Assembly (NCBI GenBank): GCA_964506465.1
Contig: CAZDLM010000028.1
Location: 1 to 32,000, forward strand
DNA: 32,000 nucleotides
Direction of reading: 5' to 3'
Source: an uncultured Syntrophaceae bacterium
GTDB lineage: Bacteria; Desulfobacterota; Syntrophia; Syntrophales; UBA6109
In this document: piece by piece, positions 1 through 8,249 of the stretch
Numbering within the stretch: the first letter of the stretch is position 1
Layout of the letters: every line of letters starts with the position of its first letter
Made by a program: the position numbers and the translations under genes
The notes under the pieces: generated by a model
Told to the model about the DNA's origin: nothing
The model's database searches: none
What the model saw: the letters and a program-made list of their open reading frames with translations, nothing else

Positions 1-331
1 CCAGCGCCGCGGAAATCTCCCGCGTCGTCACGGGATCGATCGTGCTCATGTCGATGACGACGCCCCCTTGGGCGATTCCCTTGATGACCCCCTTTTCTCC
101 CAGGATGGCCTCCCTCGCATGAGGAGAAGAAGGCACCATGGTGATCACGATGTCCGACTGCTCGGCGACCTCCTTCGCGGAAGCCGCCGCCTTGGCTCCG
201 AACCTGACCAGTTCGTCCAATCTCGGCTTGGCAATGTCATAGGCAGTGACGGCATAGCCCTTTCGAACGACGTTCTTCGACATGGGAAGCCCCATGGCCC
301 CGAGCCCGATGAATCCGATTCTCTCCTTCAT
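1..331 (-). CDS. NAD(P)-dependent beta-hydroxyacid dehydrogenase (3-hydroxyisobutyrate dehydrogenase family), N-terminal part; gene runs off the left edge
   Basis: Hand translation of the reverse strand from ATG at 331: MKERIGFIGLGAMGLPMSKNVVRKGYAVTAYDIAKPRLDELVRFGAKAAASAKEVAEQSDIVITMVPSSPHAREAILGEKGVIKGIAQGGVVIDMSTIDPVTTREISAAL. It has the N-terminal GxGxMGxxM Rossmann fingerprint and the VITMVP and DMST segments typical of this family. Absent from the ORF track because there is no stop inside the window. Confidence 0.8.
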   Translation of the reverse strand, partial: MKERIGFIGLGAMGLPMSKNVVRKGYAVTAYDIAKPRLDELVRFGAKAAASAKEVAEQSDIVITMVPSSPHAREAILGEKGVIKGIAQGGVVIDMSTIDPVTTREISAAL

Positions 332-356
332 GACCTCTCCTCCCATTCTGTGACCT

Positions 357-1094
357 CTAAGGATACACGGTCCGTTCGAAAACCCTGGGATCGTGCCCCG
401 GCAGTACAAAACCGGATATCTTCTTCATGGATTCGTAGTACTGTTCAAGATTGTTGAAAATCCCGGACGGGATATGCGGAACGGTCTCCCAGCATTCAAA
501 GAGGCCGACCGCGTCCCCGGCGATGAAATAGTCTCCCTTTTCCGTCCTGACCGATACCCCCTGGAATCCCGGCGAATGGCTCGGAAGAAATACAGCCTTC
601 ACGCCGTCTTCGATTTCGCAATCCCCGTCGATCAACTCGATTCTGTCCAGGTAATCGATAAACGGCGGCCTGCCCAGGTCCTTCTCGTAATAGAGGGACC
701 GATGGCAAGGCAGCGGGGCAATGGCGTATTCGAGTTCTTTTCTCTGGATAAGGAACCTGGCATTCTTGAAGAGGTGGAATCCATTGGCGTGGTCCCAATG
801 GAGGTGGGTGACTAGGACCGTCTTGACGTCGTCCGGAGAAAGGCCCCGCGCCCGCAAGGCATTCAGCGGCTCCTGCTCGGGCGACCGCTTGACGACCAGT
901 CCGTGATTCGCGAGACACTGGGCCGGTTCCGGCGGCCCCAGATCGACAATGATATTTTCCGCGGTCCCTCTGATGTGCCACAGGATGCAAGGCGCTTCAT
1001 AGGTTACGCCTGCATACATCCGATAGGTGCATGTCGGCTTGGGAAGCGCCGCAAAGTGTCCCACATCAACCGGTACGATCTCGTGACGTTTCAT
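357..1094 (-). CDS. MBL-fold metallo-hydrolase (lactonase-like)
   Basis: 245-aa ORF with the HxHxDH zinc motif in VLVTHLHWDHANG and later His/Asp ligand segments (SHSPG, LPGHD). Ends 25 nt upstream of the dehydrogenase start. Confidence 0.85.
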   Translation of the reverse strand: MKRHEIVPVDVGHFAALPKPTCTYRMYAGVTYEAPCILWHIRGTAENIIVDLGPPEPAQCLANHGLVVKRSPEQEPLNALRARGLSPDDVKTVLVTHLHWDHANGFHLFKNARFLIQRKELEYAIAPLPCHRSLYYEKDLGRPPFIDYLDRIELIDGDCEIEDGVKAVFLPSHSPGFQGVSVRTEKGDYFIAGDAVGLFECWETVPHIPSGIFNNLEQYYESMKKISGFVLPGHDPRVFERTVYP

Positions 1095-1157
1095 CGCATA
1101 GCTCCTGGGGTCTGGAACAACTGGTTCCGCCTGATCGGCAACTCTGTTCTTCTTCTC

Positions 1158-2990
1158 CTATTGACATTCGCGAACGAGGTCGGCCAGGCCTAGCCGCTCG
1201 ATCGTTTCCCTTTCCGGCAGACCGCTTTCCTCGTTCCAGCCGCGTTCCTGATAGTAATCCTTCAGCATGCGCTCCAGCGGCACCGTATTCCCCTTCGCCG
1301 GACCGTCCGGCAGGGGCTCGTTCAGACAGCGCCAGGGCAACGTGTCGTCGGCTTTGGAGAACCCCTCGCGCTGATTGAAAAGCCTCTCCAGGGTGTAGAT
1401 CCGGTCCGCGATCATGGTGGCTTCCTCATCGGAATAATTCCATCCGGTCACCGCGTTCGTAAACCGCACCTGCTGCCGTTCGTCCATTCCGAACCGCGAA
1501 AAACTGCAGAAGACCATCGAGTCCTGAAGGCAGTATTTGTTCTGCTCTTTCCGGTTCAATTTCCCCTTTTCCTTGTGCGTCAGCATGTCCTTGAGGCCGA
1601 CGCGCTCGCCCGTCAGCGTGGGGCCGTAAGAGTGGTTCGCTCCCGGCGTCGCCGTCGCGTACATCAGTCCCATTCCCACGAGGGCCCGGGGCTCGTAGGC
1701 GGCAAAGTCCTGTCCCTTGCTGTGCATCGCGAACCGGTGTGAATCCTGCCCGATCGCTTTGGAAGCCCGCTTCGTCCCTTCCGCCAGAACGTTGCCGAAT
1801 CCCTCTCTGCGCGCGATCTTCTCGATCAGGGCCATGAGCACGTCCGGATTGCCGAACTCCAATTTCAACCCGTCCGTGTCCCGCTCGGTGATCAGTCCGC
1901 GCTGATAGCATTCGACGGCAAAGGCCACGGTGCTTCCGGTGCTGATGGTATCAATGCCGTATTCATTGCAGAGGTAGTTCGCCTGCGCCACGGCCCGGAT
2001 ATCGCCGATGCCGCAGTTGCTTCCGAGCAGTCCGATCGTCTCGTATTCCGGACCCGGCAGAACCGTGCCCTTGTAAGGTCCGTCTTTGATGAAGCCCGCT
2101 TTCCCGCAGGGAATCGGACAGCCGAAGCAGGACTCGTTGTGGATGTACAGCGTGTCCCTCACCGTATCCGGCATCAGGCCCTGAATGCCGTCGAAGGTCG
2201 ACCGGGAGAAATTCATGATCGGCAGGACACCCGAAGCGTACGTGACCGCTACGGTGCCCGGCGTCCCAAGCTCAATTCTCTTGGGAACGGCGGGGTTCTC
2301 CCGGATCGTCGCATAGGTTTCCGCGAGCAGACTCTGGAATTCCCCGATGTCGGCAACGCGAACACTTTTCGTGCCCCGCACGACCACGGCCTTCAGAAGC
2401 TTCGATCCCATCACCGCACCCGTTCCGCCTCTCGCCGCCGCCCGCGAACCGACGATCACGCCGGCGAACCGCACCAGGTTTTCACCGGCCGGACCGATCG
2501 GGATGACGCTCACCGAGTTGTCGTTCAGGTCCTTCCTAATCGCCGCCTGCGTTTCTCCCGTCGTCATGCCCCAATATTTCTGGGCGTCCCTGATTTCGAC
2601 CTTTCCATCGTCAATCATGACGTACACGGGACTCTTTGCCTTCCCCTTGACCACCACGGCGTCGAAGCCGCCGTACTTCAATTCCGGACCGAAGCTCCCT
2701 CCGCCGCAGACCGACCTCGACAGGGAACCCGACAGCGGGGACTTGTTCATGATGATGAACTTCGGCGCGAACGGCGTCACGGTGCCCTGAACGGGCCCTG
2801 AAATGAAATAGATCGAACTGTCGGGAGCAAAGGGGTCCGTATTCGGTGCGATCTCCCGGTAAGCGAGATACGCCCCCAGCCCCCTTCCGCCCACATAGGA
2901 TCGGGCGACGGCTGCATCGAGCGGTTCCACGTCGATCTTTCCGACGGACAAGTCGACCCGCAATATCTTGCCCATGTATCCGTACATCAT
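1158..2990 (-). CDS. aor: Aldehyde:ferredoxin oxidoreductase family (tungstopterin enzyme)
   Basis: 610-aa ORF with the family-typical N-terminus MYGYMGKILRVDLS and typical length. Contains the [4Fe-4S] ligand motif ESCFGCPIPCGK (CxxCxxxC). Immediately preceded by an Fe-S partner gene. Confidence 0.9.
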   Translation of the reverse strand: MMYGYMGKILRVDLSVGKIDVEPLDAAVARSYVGGRGLGAYLAYREIAPNTDPFAPDSSIYFISGPVQGTVTPFAPKFIIMNKSPLSGSLSRSVCGGGSFGPELKYGGFDAVVVKGKAKSPVYVMIDDGKVEIRDAQKYWGMTTGETQAAIRKDLNDNSVSVIPIGPAGENLVRFAGVIVGSRAAARGGTGAVMGSKLLKAVVVRGTKSVRVADIGEFQSLLAETYATIRENPAVPKRIELGTPGTVAVTYASGVLPIMNFSRSTFDGIQGLMPDTVRDTLYIHNESCFGCPIPCGKAGFIKDGPYKGTVLPGPEYETIGLLGSNCGIGDIRAVAQANYLCNEYGIDTISTGSTVAFAVECYQRGLITERDTDGLKLEFGNPDVLMALIEKIARREGFGNVLAEGTKRASKAIGQDSHRFAMHSKGQDFAAYEPRALVGMGLMYATATPGANHSYGPTLTGERVGLKDMLTHKEKGKLNRKEQNKYCLQDSMVFCSFSRFGMDERQQVRFTNAVTGWNYSDEEATMIADRIYTLERLFNQREGFSKADDTLPWRCLNEPLPDGPAKGNTVPLERMLKDYYQERGWNEESGLPERETIERLGLADLVRECQ

Positions 2991-3001
2991 CGTTCTTCCC
3001 C

Positions 3002-3439
3002 CTACTCAAAAATCAAGGCGCCGGTGGGACAATTTCGTACGCACAGCGGCTCTCCCCCGCACAAGTCACACTTGCCAGCTTTCGTCTCGCCATCTTCCCT
3101 GTGCAGGACGATCATGTTGTACGGACATTCCTGGAGGCACTGTTCGCACCCGATGCACTGGTCCCTGTCGACGAACCTGATCGACAGGGTTTCATTTGCA
3201 GCGAAGGCCTCCGCTGGACATCCCTCGGCGCAGGGCGCTGGATCGCACTGACGGCATACGTGCGGCTGATCGATGTTTTCGATGGGTTTGTTCAGACCGA
3301 ATTCCCGATTGCTCTCGATCCGGATCAAGGCGTTTCTTGGGTTAAAGGCCCCCTCGTAATGGAACATGGAGCAGGAAAGCTCGCATATGCGGCAGCCGAC
3401 GCATTTTTCCTCGAGAACTTTGAGACGTTTTGCAGTCAT
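3002..3439 (-). CDS. Polyferredoxin-type 4Fe-4S electron-transfer protein
   Basis: 145 aa with four Cys-cluster motifs: CVGCRICELSC, CRQCDPAPCAEGC, CIGCEQCLQEC, CDLCGGEPLCVRNC. Lies 11 nt upstream of the AOR gene. Confidence 0.9.
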   Translation of the reverse strand: MTAKRLKVLEEKCVGCRICELSCSMFHYEGAFNPRNALIRIESNREFGLNKPIENIDQPHVCRQCDPAPCAEGCPAEAFAANETLSIRFVDRDQCIGCEQCLQECPYNMIVLHREDGETKAGKCDLCGGEPLCVRNCPTGALIFE

Positions 3440-3454
3440 GGCATTTCCCCTCTT

Positions 3455-4165
3455 CTACATGCTGGCTGCGGACATCTCCATCGACGGCAGGGCCGCCAGC
3501 ATCGCCCTTCTGGCCTCTTTCGCTTCCCGGATGTGCCGTTCCAGGCTCTCTTTCGCGCCGGCGACATCCCGTTCCCTGATCCTTTGTACAATCTCTTCAT
3601 GCTGGGCGGCCGCAATGGGCAGCCTGACCGGTGGGATCCGCTCCACCGGCGATCTCAGATAGGTGTGCTCGAAAATCCGTCTGAGCTCCTTGACAATCTC
3701 CCCGTTCCGGGACATCGTTGCGATCTGCGAGTGAAACGCCGCATCCAGGATCAGTTTCCTGCGGTCATAGATCTGGATGCTGTAGTCCCTGTGGTCCTGC
3801 TGCAGCCTCTCGAGCAGACGAAAATCCTCGGGCGTCTGATTCCCGATCGCCATCTCGATGGCGTAGAGTTCGAGAATCAGCCTCAAATCAAACAGGTCTT
3901 CGATTTCCTGAAGGTTGATTTTTCTCACGTAGTACCCGACGTTCGGGATGCGTTCGACAAATCCTTCCTGCTCCAGCCGCCCCAGGGCGAATTGAACCGG
4001 AGTGGAACTCATGCTCAGCGCCTTCGCCAATTCGCGATAGATCAGTTTCTGCCCGGGCACGATGTGCTGCCCAAAAATCATATCCTTGATCTTCAGATAG
4101 GCGCTTTCCATCATATTGTGGGAGTCTTTGCCGCCCTCGGAACTCTTCAAGCCTTCGATCGCCAC
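3455..4165 (-). CDS. GntR-family transcriptional regulator (FadR/FCD-type C-terminal domain)
   Basis: 236 aa with an N-terminal winged HTH (KLIYRELAKALSMSSTPVQFALGRLEQEGFVERIPNVGYYV) and an all-helical C-terminal domain. First gene of the AOR operon, with the AT-rich region just upstream. Confidence 0.85.
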   Translation of the reverse strand: MAIEGLKSSEGGKDSHNMMESAYLKIKDMIFGQHIVPGQKLIYRELAKALSMSSTPVQFALGRLEQEGFVERIPNVGYYVRKINLQEIEDLFDLRLILELYAIEMAIGNQTPEDFRLLERLQQDHRDYSIQIYDRRKLILDAAFHSQIATMSRNGEIVKELRRIFEHTYLRSPVERIPPVRLPIAAAQHEEIVQRIRERDVAGAKESLERHIREAKEARRAMLAALPSMEMSAASM

Positions 4166-4300
4166 GTTCTTCTCTCGCTATTTTCTGGGCCAATCCAGTT
4201 CGTCCCCGTAACGCTAAGCAATCGCCAAGAATTTGTCAAGAATTTTATTTAATATTTTATTATTGCTTTATTATAAATAATATTAAGTAATTGCGATGCC
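4166..4300 (-). promoter_or_regulatory. AT-rich promoter/operator region of the GntR-AOR operon
   Basis: The only strongly AT-rich stretch in the left part (4231-4295), directly upstream of the GntR start. Direct repeat CAAGAATTT at 4226-4234 and 4237-4245 (11-bp phasing). Inverted repeat TTAATATT (4249-4256) / AATATTAA (4279-4286). No clean -35/-10 could be assigned. Confidence 0.4.
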
Positions 4301-4452
4301 GCTCGACGAGGCGCGTTACCGAGGAGTGTCTTGGCGATGCCGACAACGATGGCCCGAGCCGGGAAGGAGGGGGGAAACGATAGCGAAACGACGGGAGGTT
4401 CCGCGGCCCCGCTTGTCCGGCGCCGCGAACGATGGATTTCAGAGACCTGTTA

Positions 4453-4800
4453 CTACACGGAAGGATCTCGAGAGAGAAATGCCAGCAGCTTTTCTTCGTT
4501 CAAACCGACGCCTGGTGCGCCATCGAGCCTTTCCGACAGAGCCCCCTTTTCAAAGAGAAGCACCGTCGGATAGACCTTCACGTCATATCGAGGCGCCAGT
4601 ACTTCCGCGTCATCCTGCGCCAGAACAAAGTGCATCCCCTCGATTCCCACGTGCCGTTGAAATATCGGCAGGAAGCTTGCGCAAAAAGGGCACCAGGAGG
4701 CATAGAAGAGGACAACGACGCGGTCCCCAGCCTTCAATCTTTCGATCAGATCGCTGTCATGATCGACCCAAGTGCATGGAACGTTCGTGTTCATGGACAT
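4453..4800 (-). CDS. Thioredoxin-like protein
   Basis: WCPFC redox motif in VVLFYASWCPFCASF. The track ORF is 4453..4842, but the ATG at 4800 (MSMNTNVPC...) lies just downstream of the stop (4808-4810) of the preceding gene. Confidence 0.8.
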   Translation of the reverse strand: MSMNTNVPCTWVDHDSDLIERLKAGDRVVVLFYASWCPFCASFLPIFQRHVGIEGMHFVLAQDDAEVLAPRYDVKVYPTVLLFEKGALSERLDGAPGVGLNEEKLLAFLSRDPSV

Positions 4801-4807
4801 CCCGCGG

Positions 4808-5269
4808 TCAGTTCCCGCCGAAAAATTTCCGCCAGTTCGCATTGGCCTTCCGGATGTTGCCCGGAATGTCGCGGCTCCATTTTTCGGATGCGGTTTTGCT
4901 GCAATTCAAATAAAGCTTCCCGTCGACGATCTTCCATACTTCCGGATCGGTAAGGGCCTTCCGACCCTCCGTCATGGCCCAGGCGCAATAGCCGTCATAC
5001 TGCGGGGCGTATTTCTCCGGATCCTTCGCGAAGAGATCCCGGTTTTCCGCGGTTGAGAAATACCAGGTCCTTTGATGCCACGAAAACGAAAACGCCTCGC
5101 TGCCTTTCAGGGCTCTGCCAGCCTTGAAATACGCGACCGTGTCATATCCCCGGATCGCGACATCAGCCGCGGGCGAACCGCCGGCCTCCGCGCCGCCCCA
5201 TCCGGTCAACAGCAGAAGGGCGGCTGAGAAACTCATGAGAATCTCCTGGACTGTTTTCGACGACGTCAT
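4808..5269 (-). CDS. Exported YHS-domain-type protein (Cys form)
   Basis: 153 aa from ATG 5269 (MTSSKTVQEILMSFSAALLLLTGWGGAEA, signal-peptide-like) preceded by GGGAGGGAGAG. The body (GYDTVAYF..., PEKYAPQYDGYCAWAM, WKIVDGKLYLN) matches what I remember of proteins annotated as YHS domain-containing (seleno)protein. The track ORF 4808..5644 has an Arg/Gly-rich upstream extension overlapping the next gene. Confidence 0.75.
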   Translation of the reverse strand: MTSSKTVQEILMSFSAALLLLTGWGGAEAGGSPAADVAIRGYDTVAYFKAGRALKGSEAFSFSWHQRTWYFSTAENRDLFAKDPEKYAPQYDGYCAWAMTEGRKALTDPEVWKIVDGKLYLNCSKTASEKWSRDIPGNIRKANANWRKFFGGN

Positions 5270-5310
5270 AGGACTCTCCCTCCCCGCCCCCTCTTTTGCT
5301 TCTTCACCCC

Positions 5311-5682
5311 TCAATCGCCGGTGAAAAATTTCCGAATGCTCTTTCCCGCCTGCCGGAAGGCATCGCCGGTCTGCCTGCCGGCATCCCGGAACCACTCGCC
5401 GATGCTCCGACCCTTCTTCTGGGCCTCTTCCTTGCTTTCCTTCATCGACTCCTTGAATTCTTTCGAGGTCTCTTTGGCGTCTTCCTTGATCTTTTTCCCG
5501 ATGTCCTTTGCCCCCTGTCCGACCTCCTTTGCTCCTTCCTTGAAGCCCTGGCCGATGTCCTTTGCCCCTTCCTTGAATTTCTGCCCGATTCCCTTTTCCT
5601 CCTGATTGGCGCCGCCGTCGGCGGCCTGGCATGGGAAGGTCCAAAGGAGCGCCAGCATCAGGGCAATCACGATTCTTCGCAT
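5311..5682 (-). CDS. Small secreted Lys/Gly/Glu-rich repeat protein (hypothetical)
   Basis: 123 aa from ATG 5682 with a strong SD (AGAAGGAGGA). Signal peptide MRRIVIALMLALLWTFPCQA. Mature part is made of degenerate repeats (KFKEGAKDIGQ / GFKEGAKEVGQ / GAKDIGKKIKE). Confidence 0.7.
   Translation of the reverse strand: MRRIVIALMLALLWTFPCQAADGGANQEEKGIGQKFKEGAKDIGQGFKEGAKEVGQGAKDIGKKIKEDAKETSKEFKESMKESKEEAQKKGRSIGEWFRDAGRQTGDAFRQAGKSIRKFFTGD
5498..5568. repeat. In-frame 17-nt exact direct repeat inside the secreted repeat-protein gene
   Basis: ccgatgtcctttgcccc occurs at 5498-5514 and 5552-5568, 54 nt (18 codons) apart. This underlies the GAKDIG peptide repeats. Confidence 0.9.
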
Positions 5683-5775
5683 AAGAGTCCTCCTTCTATT
5701 GCCAAGGTGCGTCTGCAGTGTAACACGGACGGGAATCACCGGCAAGGGACGGAGATCGGGGATGGAGACAAATCG

Positions 5776-6993
5776 TTATTTTTCCAGGACGAGGCAGGCG
5801 TATGTTCCGCCGAAGGAGATCCCGCTCAGGAGAGCCCGGTGAACGGGTTTTCGTATGGAAGTCCCGGCAACGAACGGCGCCAGGCTCAGGGGTTTCTTCA
5901 GACCGACGACGGGCGGGACGATCCCGTCCCGGAGGGAAAGCGCCAGAGCGGCCGCCCGCACGCCGCCCGACGCAAAGACCTCTCCCGTCGCCCCCTTGAG
6001 CGAGGTGATGGAAGCCCCGGCGCACGCGCTCCCGAAGAGCCTTTCGTAAGCCGCCGCCTCCAGCCCGTCCAGGTCGCGTCCGCCGTTGGCCGCCGCCTGG
6101 ACAAGGTCGATCTCCGTCGCCTTCGCCCCCGCCATGCGCAGGGCGCGGTCCAGGGTCAGCAGAAGGCCGCGGGGATCAGCCGGCCATGCCGTGGGCGGCG
6201 CCGGCGAGGAGCCCAGGCCCCATCCCGATATCTCCGCATAGGGCGTCGCGCCGCGCCGGCGTGCGGAATCCATGGTCTCGAGGCAGACGATCCCGCAGCC
6301 CTCTCCCGCGACCGGACCGTTCCTGTTGAGGTCAAAGGGGCGCGCTCCCTCCACCCCGCCTCCCGAAGGGGAGAGGGCGCAGAAACGGGTCAGGGCCTCG
6401 TAGTAGAACGGCGACAGGATGTCTCCACCCCCGGCGAGGATCGCATCCGCCGTTCCGCGGCGGATCTCCATGGCACCGTAGACGATGGCCGTCTCCGCGG
6501 AGACGGCCTGGTGATTGACCGTCGTGTTCACGCCGCGGAATCCCATCTCGATGGAGGCGTGGCCGGCCGGGGCGTTCATCACGGTATTGGGAACGAAAAG
6601 AGGGCTGACCCTTTCGGGCCCTTCCGTGAAGAGCACCCGGGCGCTCAGGACCTTGTGTTCCGTATTTCCGAAGGCCGTCCCCATGACGATCCCGATCCGG
6701 TCGCGGTTGGCGTCATCGACGCGGATCCCCGCATCCTCCAGGGCCATGCGTACCGATGCCGTCGTCATGGCCGACAGGCGGTCCATCTTTCGCAGATTTT
6801 TCAGGGAAATGAAGTCCCGGGGCTGGAAGGCGCGGCATTCCGCCCCGAGGTGAGAGGGCAGCCCGCCGGTCGGAAAGCCCGCAATCTCCCGGATCCCCGT
6901 TTCGCCGCTCCAGAGGGCCTGCGCAAAGGCCTCCTTGCCGACCCCAATGGGCGTGACCATGCCGATCCCGGTGATGACGACGCGCCTATCCAT
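5776..6993 (-). CDS. Chain-length-factor-like ketosynthase homologue (KS fold, catalytic triad lost)
   Basis: 405 aa from ATG 6993 (MDRRVVITGIGMVTPIGVG...). KS fold throughout, but the nucleophile segment reads NHQAVSAE (no Cys) and both His segments are lost (AAANGGRD, LKGATGEV). The start overlaps the stop of the upstream KS by 8 nt. The track ORF 5776..7371 carries a spurious upstream extension. Confidence 0.85.
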   Translation of the reverse strand: MDRRVVITGIGMVTPIGVGKEAFAQALWSGETGIREIAGFPTGGLPSHLGAECRAFQPRDFISLKNLRKMDRLSAMTTASVRMALEDAGIRVDDANRDRIGIVMGTAFGNTEHKVLSARVLFTEGPERVSPLFVPNTVMNAPAGHASIEMGFRGVNTTVNHQAVSAETAIVYGAMEIRRGTADAILAGGGDILSPFYYEALTRFCALSPSGGGVEGARPFDLNRNGPVAGEGCGIVCLETMDSARRRGATPYAEISGWGLGSSPAPPTAWPADPRGLLLTLDRALRMAGAKATEIDLVQAAANGGRDLDGLEAAAYERLFGSACAGASITSLKGATGEVFASGGVRAAALALSLRDGIVPPVVGLKKPLSLAPFVAGTSIRKPVHRALLSGISFGGTYACLVLEK

Positions 6994-8245
6994 GCCGCCT
7001 TCCCTCTTCCCGGAAGCGGCCGAAGACGACCGTCGTATTGTTCCCGCCGAAGGCGAAGGAGTTGGAAAGAACGACTTCCGGCTGCGCCCGGCGGGCCCCC
7101 GCTGCGACGTAATCCAGGTCGCATTCCGGATCTGGCGTCTCGCAGTGGATCGTCGGCGGGATGAATTCTTCCGTGATCGCCAGGAGCGCGACGACCCCTT
7201 CGATCGCACCGGACGCCCCCAGCGTGTGGCCGTGCATCGACTTGGTCGAACTGACGGGGATCCGCCAGGCCCGCCGGCCGAAGACCTCCTTGATCGCCCG
7301 CGTCTCCATGAGATCGTTGAGCGGCGTCGCCGTCCCGTGTGCGTTGATGTAATCGACCGCCTCCGGCGCAAGACCCGCGTCGGCGAGGGCCGCCCGCATC
7401 GCCCGCGCCGCTCCGGAGGCGCCGACGTCCGGCGCCGTCATGTGATGCGAGTCGCAGGTGACGCCGTAGCCCAGGATCTCGCCCAGGATGTTCGCTCCCC
7501 TGTCGCGCGCGCTCTCCAGGGATTCGAGGATGAGGATCCCCGCCCCTTCTCCGAGCGTCAGTCCCGCGCGGTTCCCGGAAAAAGGGCGGCAAAAGCCGGG
7601 ATCGACGGCCTGCAGGGCGTTGAACGAGGAATAGGTCATGCGGCAGAGCGGCTCGGTTCCGCCGGCGATCATCGCCCGGGCGGCGCCGGCACGGATCAGA
7701 TCCCGCGCCAGGCCGATGGCCGTCGCCCCCGAGGAACAGGCGGTCATCAGGGTCGTCTTCGGTCCCCAAAGGCCGAATTTCGTCGCGAGATGATTGGCCG
7801 TCGAAGCGCAGCAGAGCGGGGCCAGCCGGGAAAACCTGACGGAGTGGGGGCCCCGCTGCAGGTAGTCTGAAAAGACGGTCTCCGCCTCCAGAAGGCCGCC
7901 GGCTCCCCCGCCGATGACGACGCCCATTTCCTCGCGAAGCCCTTCCGGAACGGGAGCAAGCCCCGCCTGGGCGAGGGCCTCCAGCGCGGCGGCAAGGCCG
8001 AGGCAATCGGAGCGAGACATCCGTTTGAGAGAAAATTCGGCGGGAATGGCGGCGCGGGGCCGGAAATCCTTCACCTGCGCCCCGTTGTGGGTGCGGAATG
8101 CCGCCGTATCGAAAAGGGTAATCGGCCCGATCCCGCATTCCCCGCGCAACAGGGCTGCGGCGAACCGGGAGACATCGGCGGCCAGTGCGTTGACGGTCCC
8201 CATCCCGGTGACCACCACGCGCTCTTGGGTTTCTTTTGTCTTCAT
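6986..8245 (-). CDS. Beta-ketoacyl-ACP synthase (KS, FabF/FabB-like, intact Cys-His-His)
   Basis: 419 aa with MTACSSGATAIG (Cys), NAHGTATPLND (His) and KSMHGHTLGASG (His). Confidence 0.9.
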   Translation of the reverse strand: MKTKETQERVVVTGMGTVNALAADVSRFAAALLRGECGIGPITLFDTAAFRTHNGAQVKDFRPRAAIPAEFSLKRMSRSDCLGLAAALEALAQAGLAPVPEGLREEMGVVIGGGAGGLLEAETVFSDYLQRGPHSVRFSRLAPLCCASTANHLATKFGLWGPKTTLMTACSSGATAIGLARDLIRAGAARAMIAGGTEPLCRMTYSSFNALQAVDPGFCRPFSGNRAGLTLGEGAGILILESLESARDRGANILGEILGYGVTCDSHHMTAPDVGASGAARAMRAALADAGLAPEAVDYINAHGTATPLNDLMETRAIKEVFGRRAWRIPVSSTKSMHGHTLGASGAIEGVVALLAITEEFIPPTIHCETPDPECDLDYVAAGARRAQPEVVLSNSFAFGGNNTTVVFGRFREEGRRHG

Positions 8246-8249
8246 AGGT

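Noticed and set aside
2846-4252. 468-aa plus-strand ORF
   Set aside because: It lies antisense to the motif-supported ferredoxin and GntR genes. The sequence is Arg/Pro/Leu-rich with no motifs, typical of a high-GC shadow ORF.
4402-4427. GC-rich hairpin downstream of the thioredoxin-like gene as a possible intrinsic terminator
   Set aside because: It is a 9-bp stem with one mismatch, but no adjacent U-run follows on the transcribed (minus) strand. That is not sufficient to call a terminator.
5296-7164. 622-aa plus-strand ORF
   Set aside because: It lies antisense to the secreted repeat protein and the CLF-like KS. The composition is extremely Arg/Gly/Pro-rich and low-complexity, with no recognisable domain.
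6801-8138. 445-aa minus-strand ORF
   Set aside because: It is the off-frame overlap of the KS gene 6986..8245, whose own frame carries the full Cys-His-His KS motifs. The alternative frame is Arg/Gly/Pro-rich nonsense.
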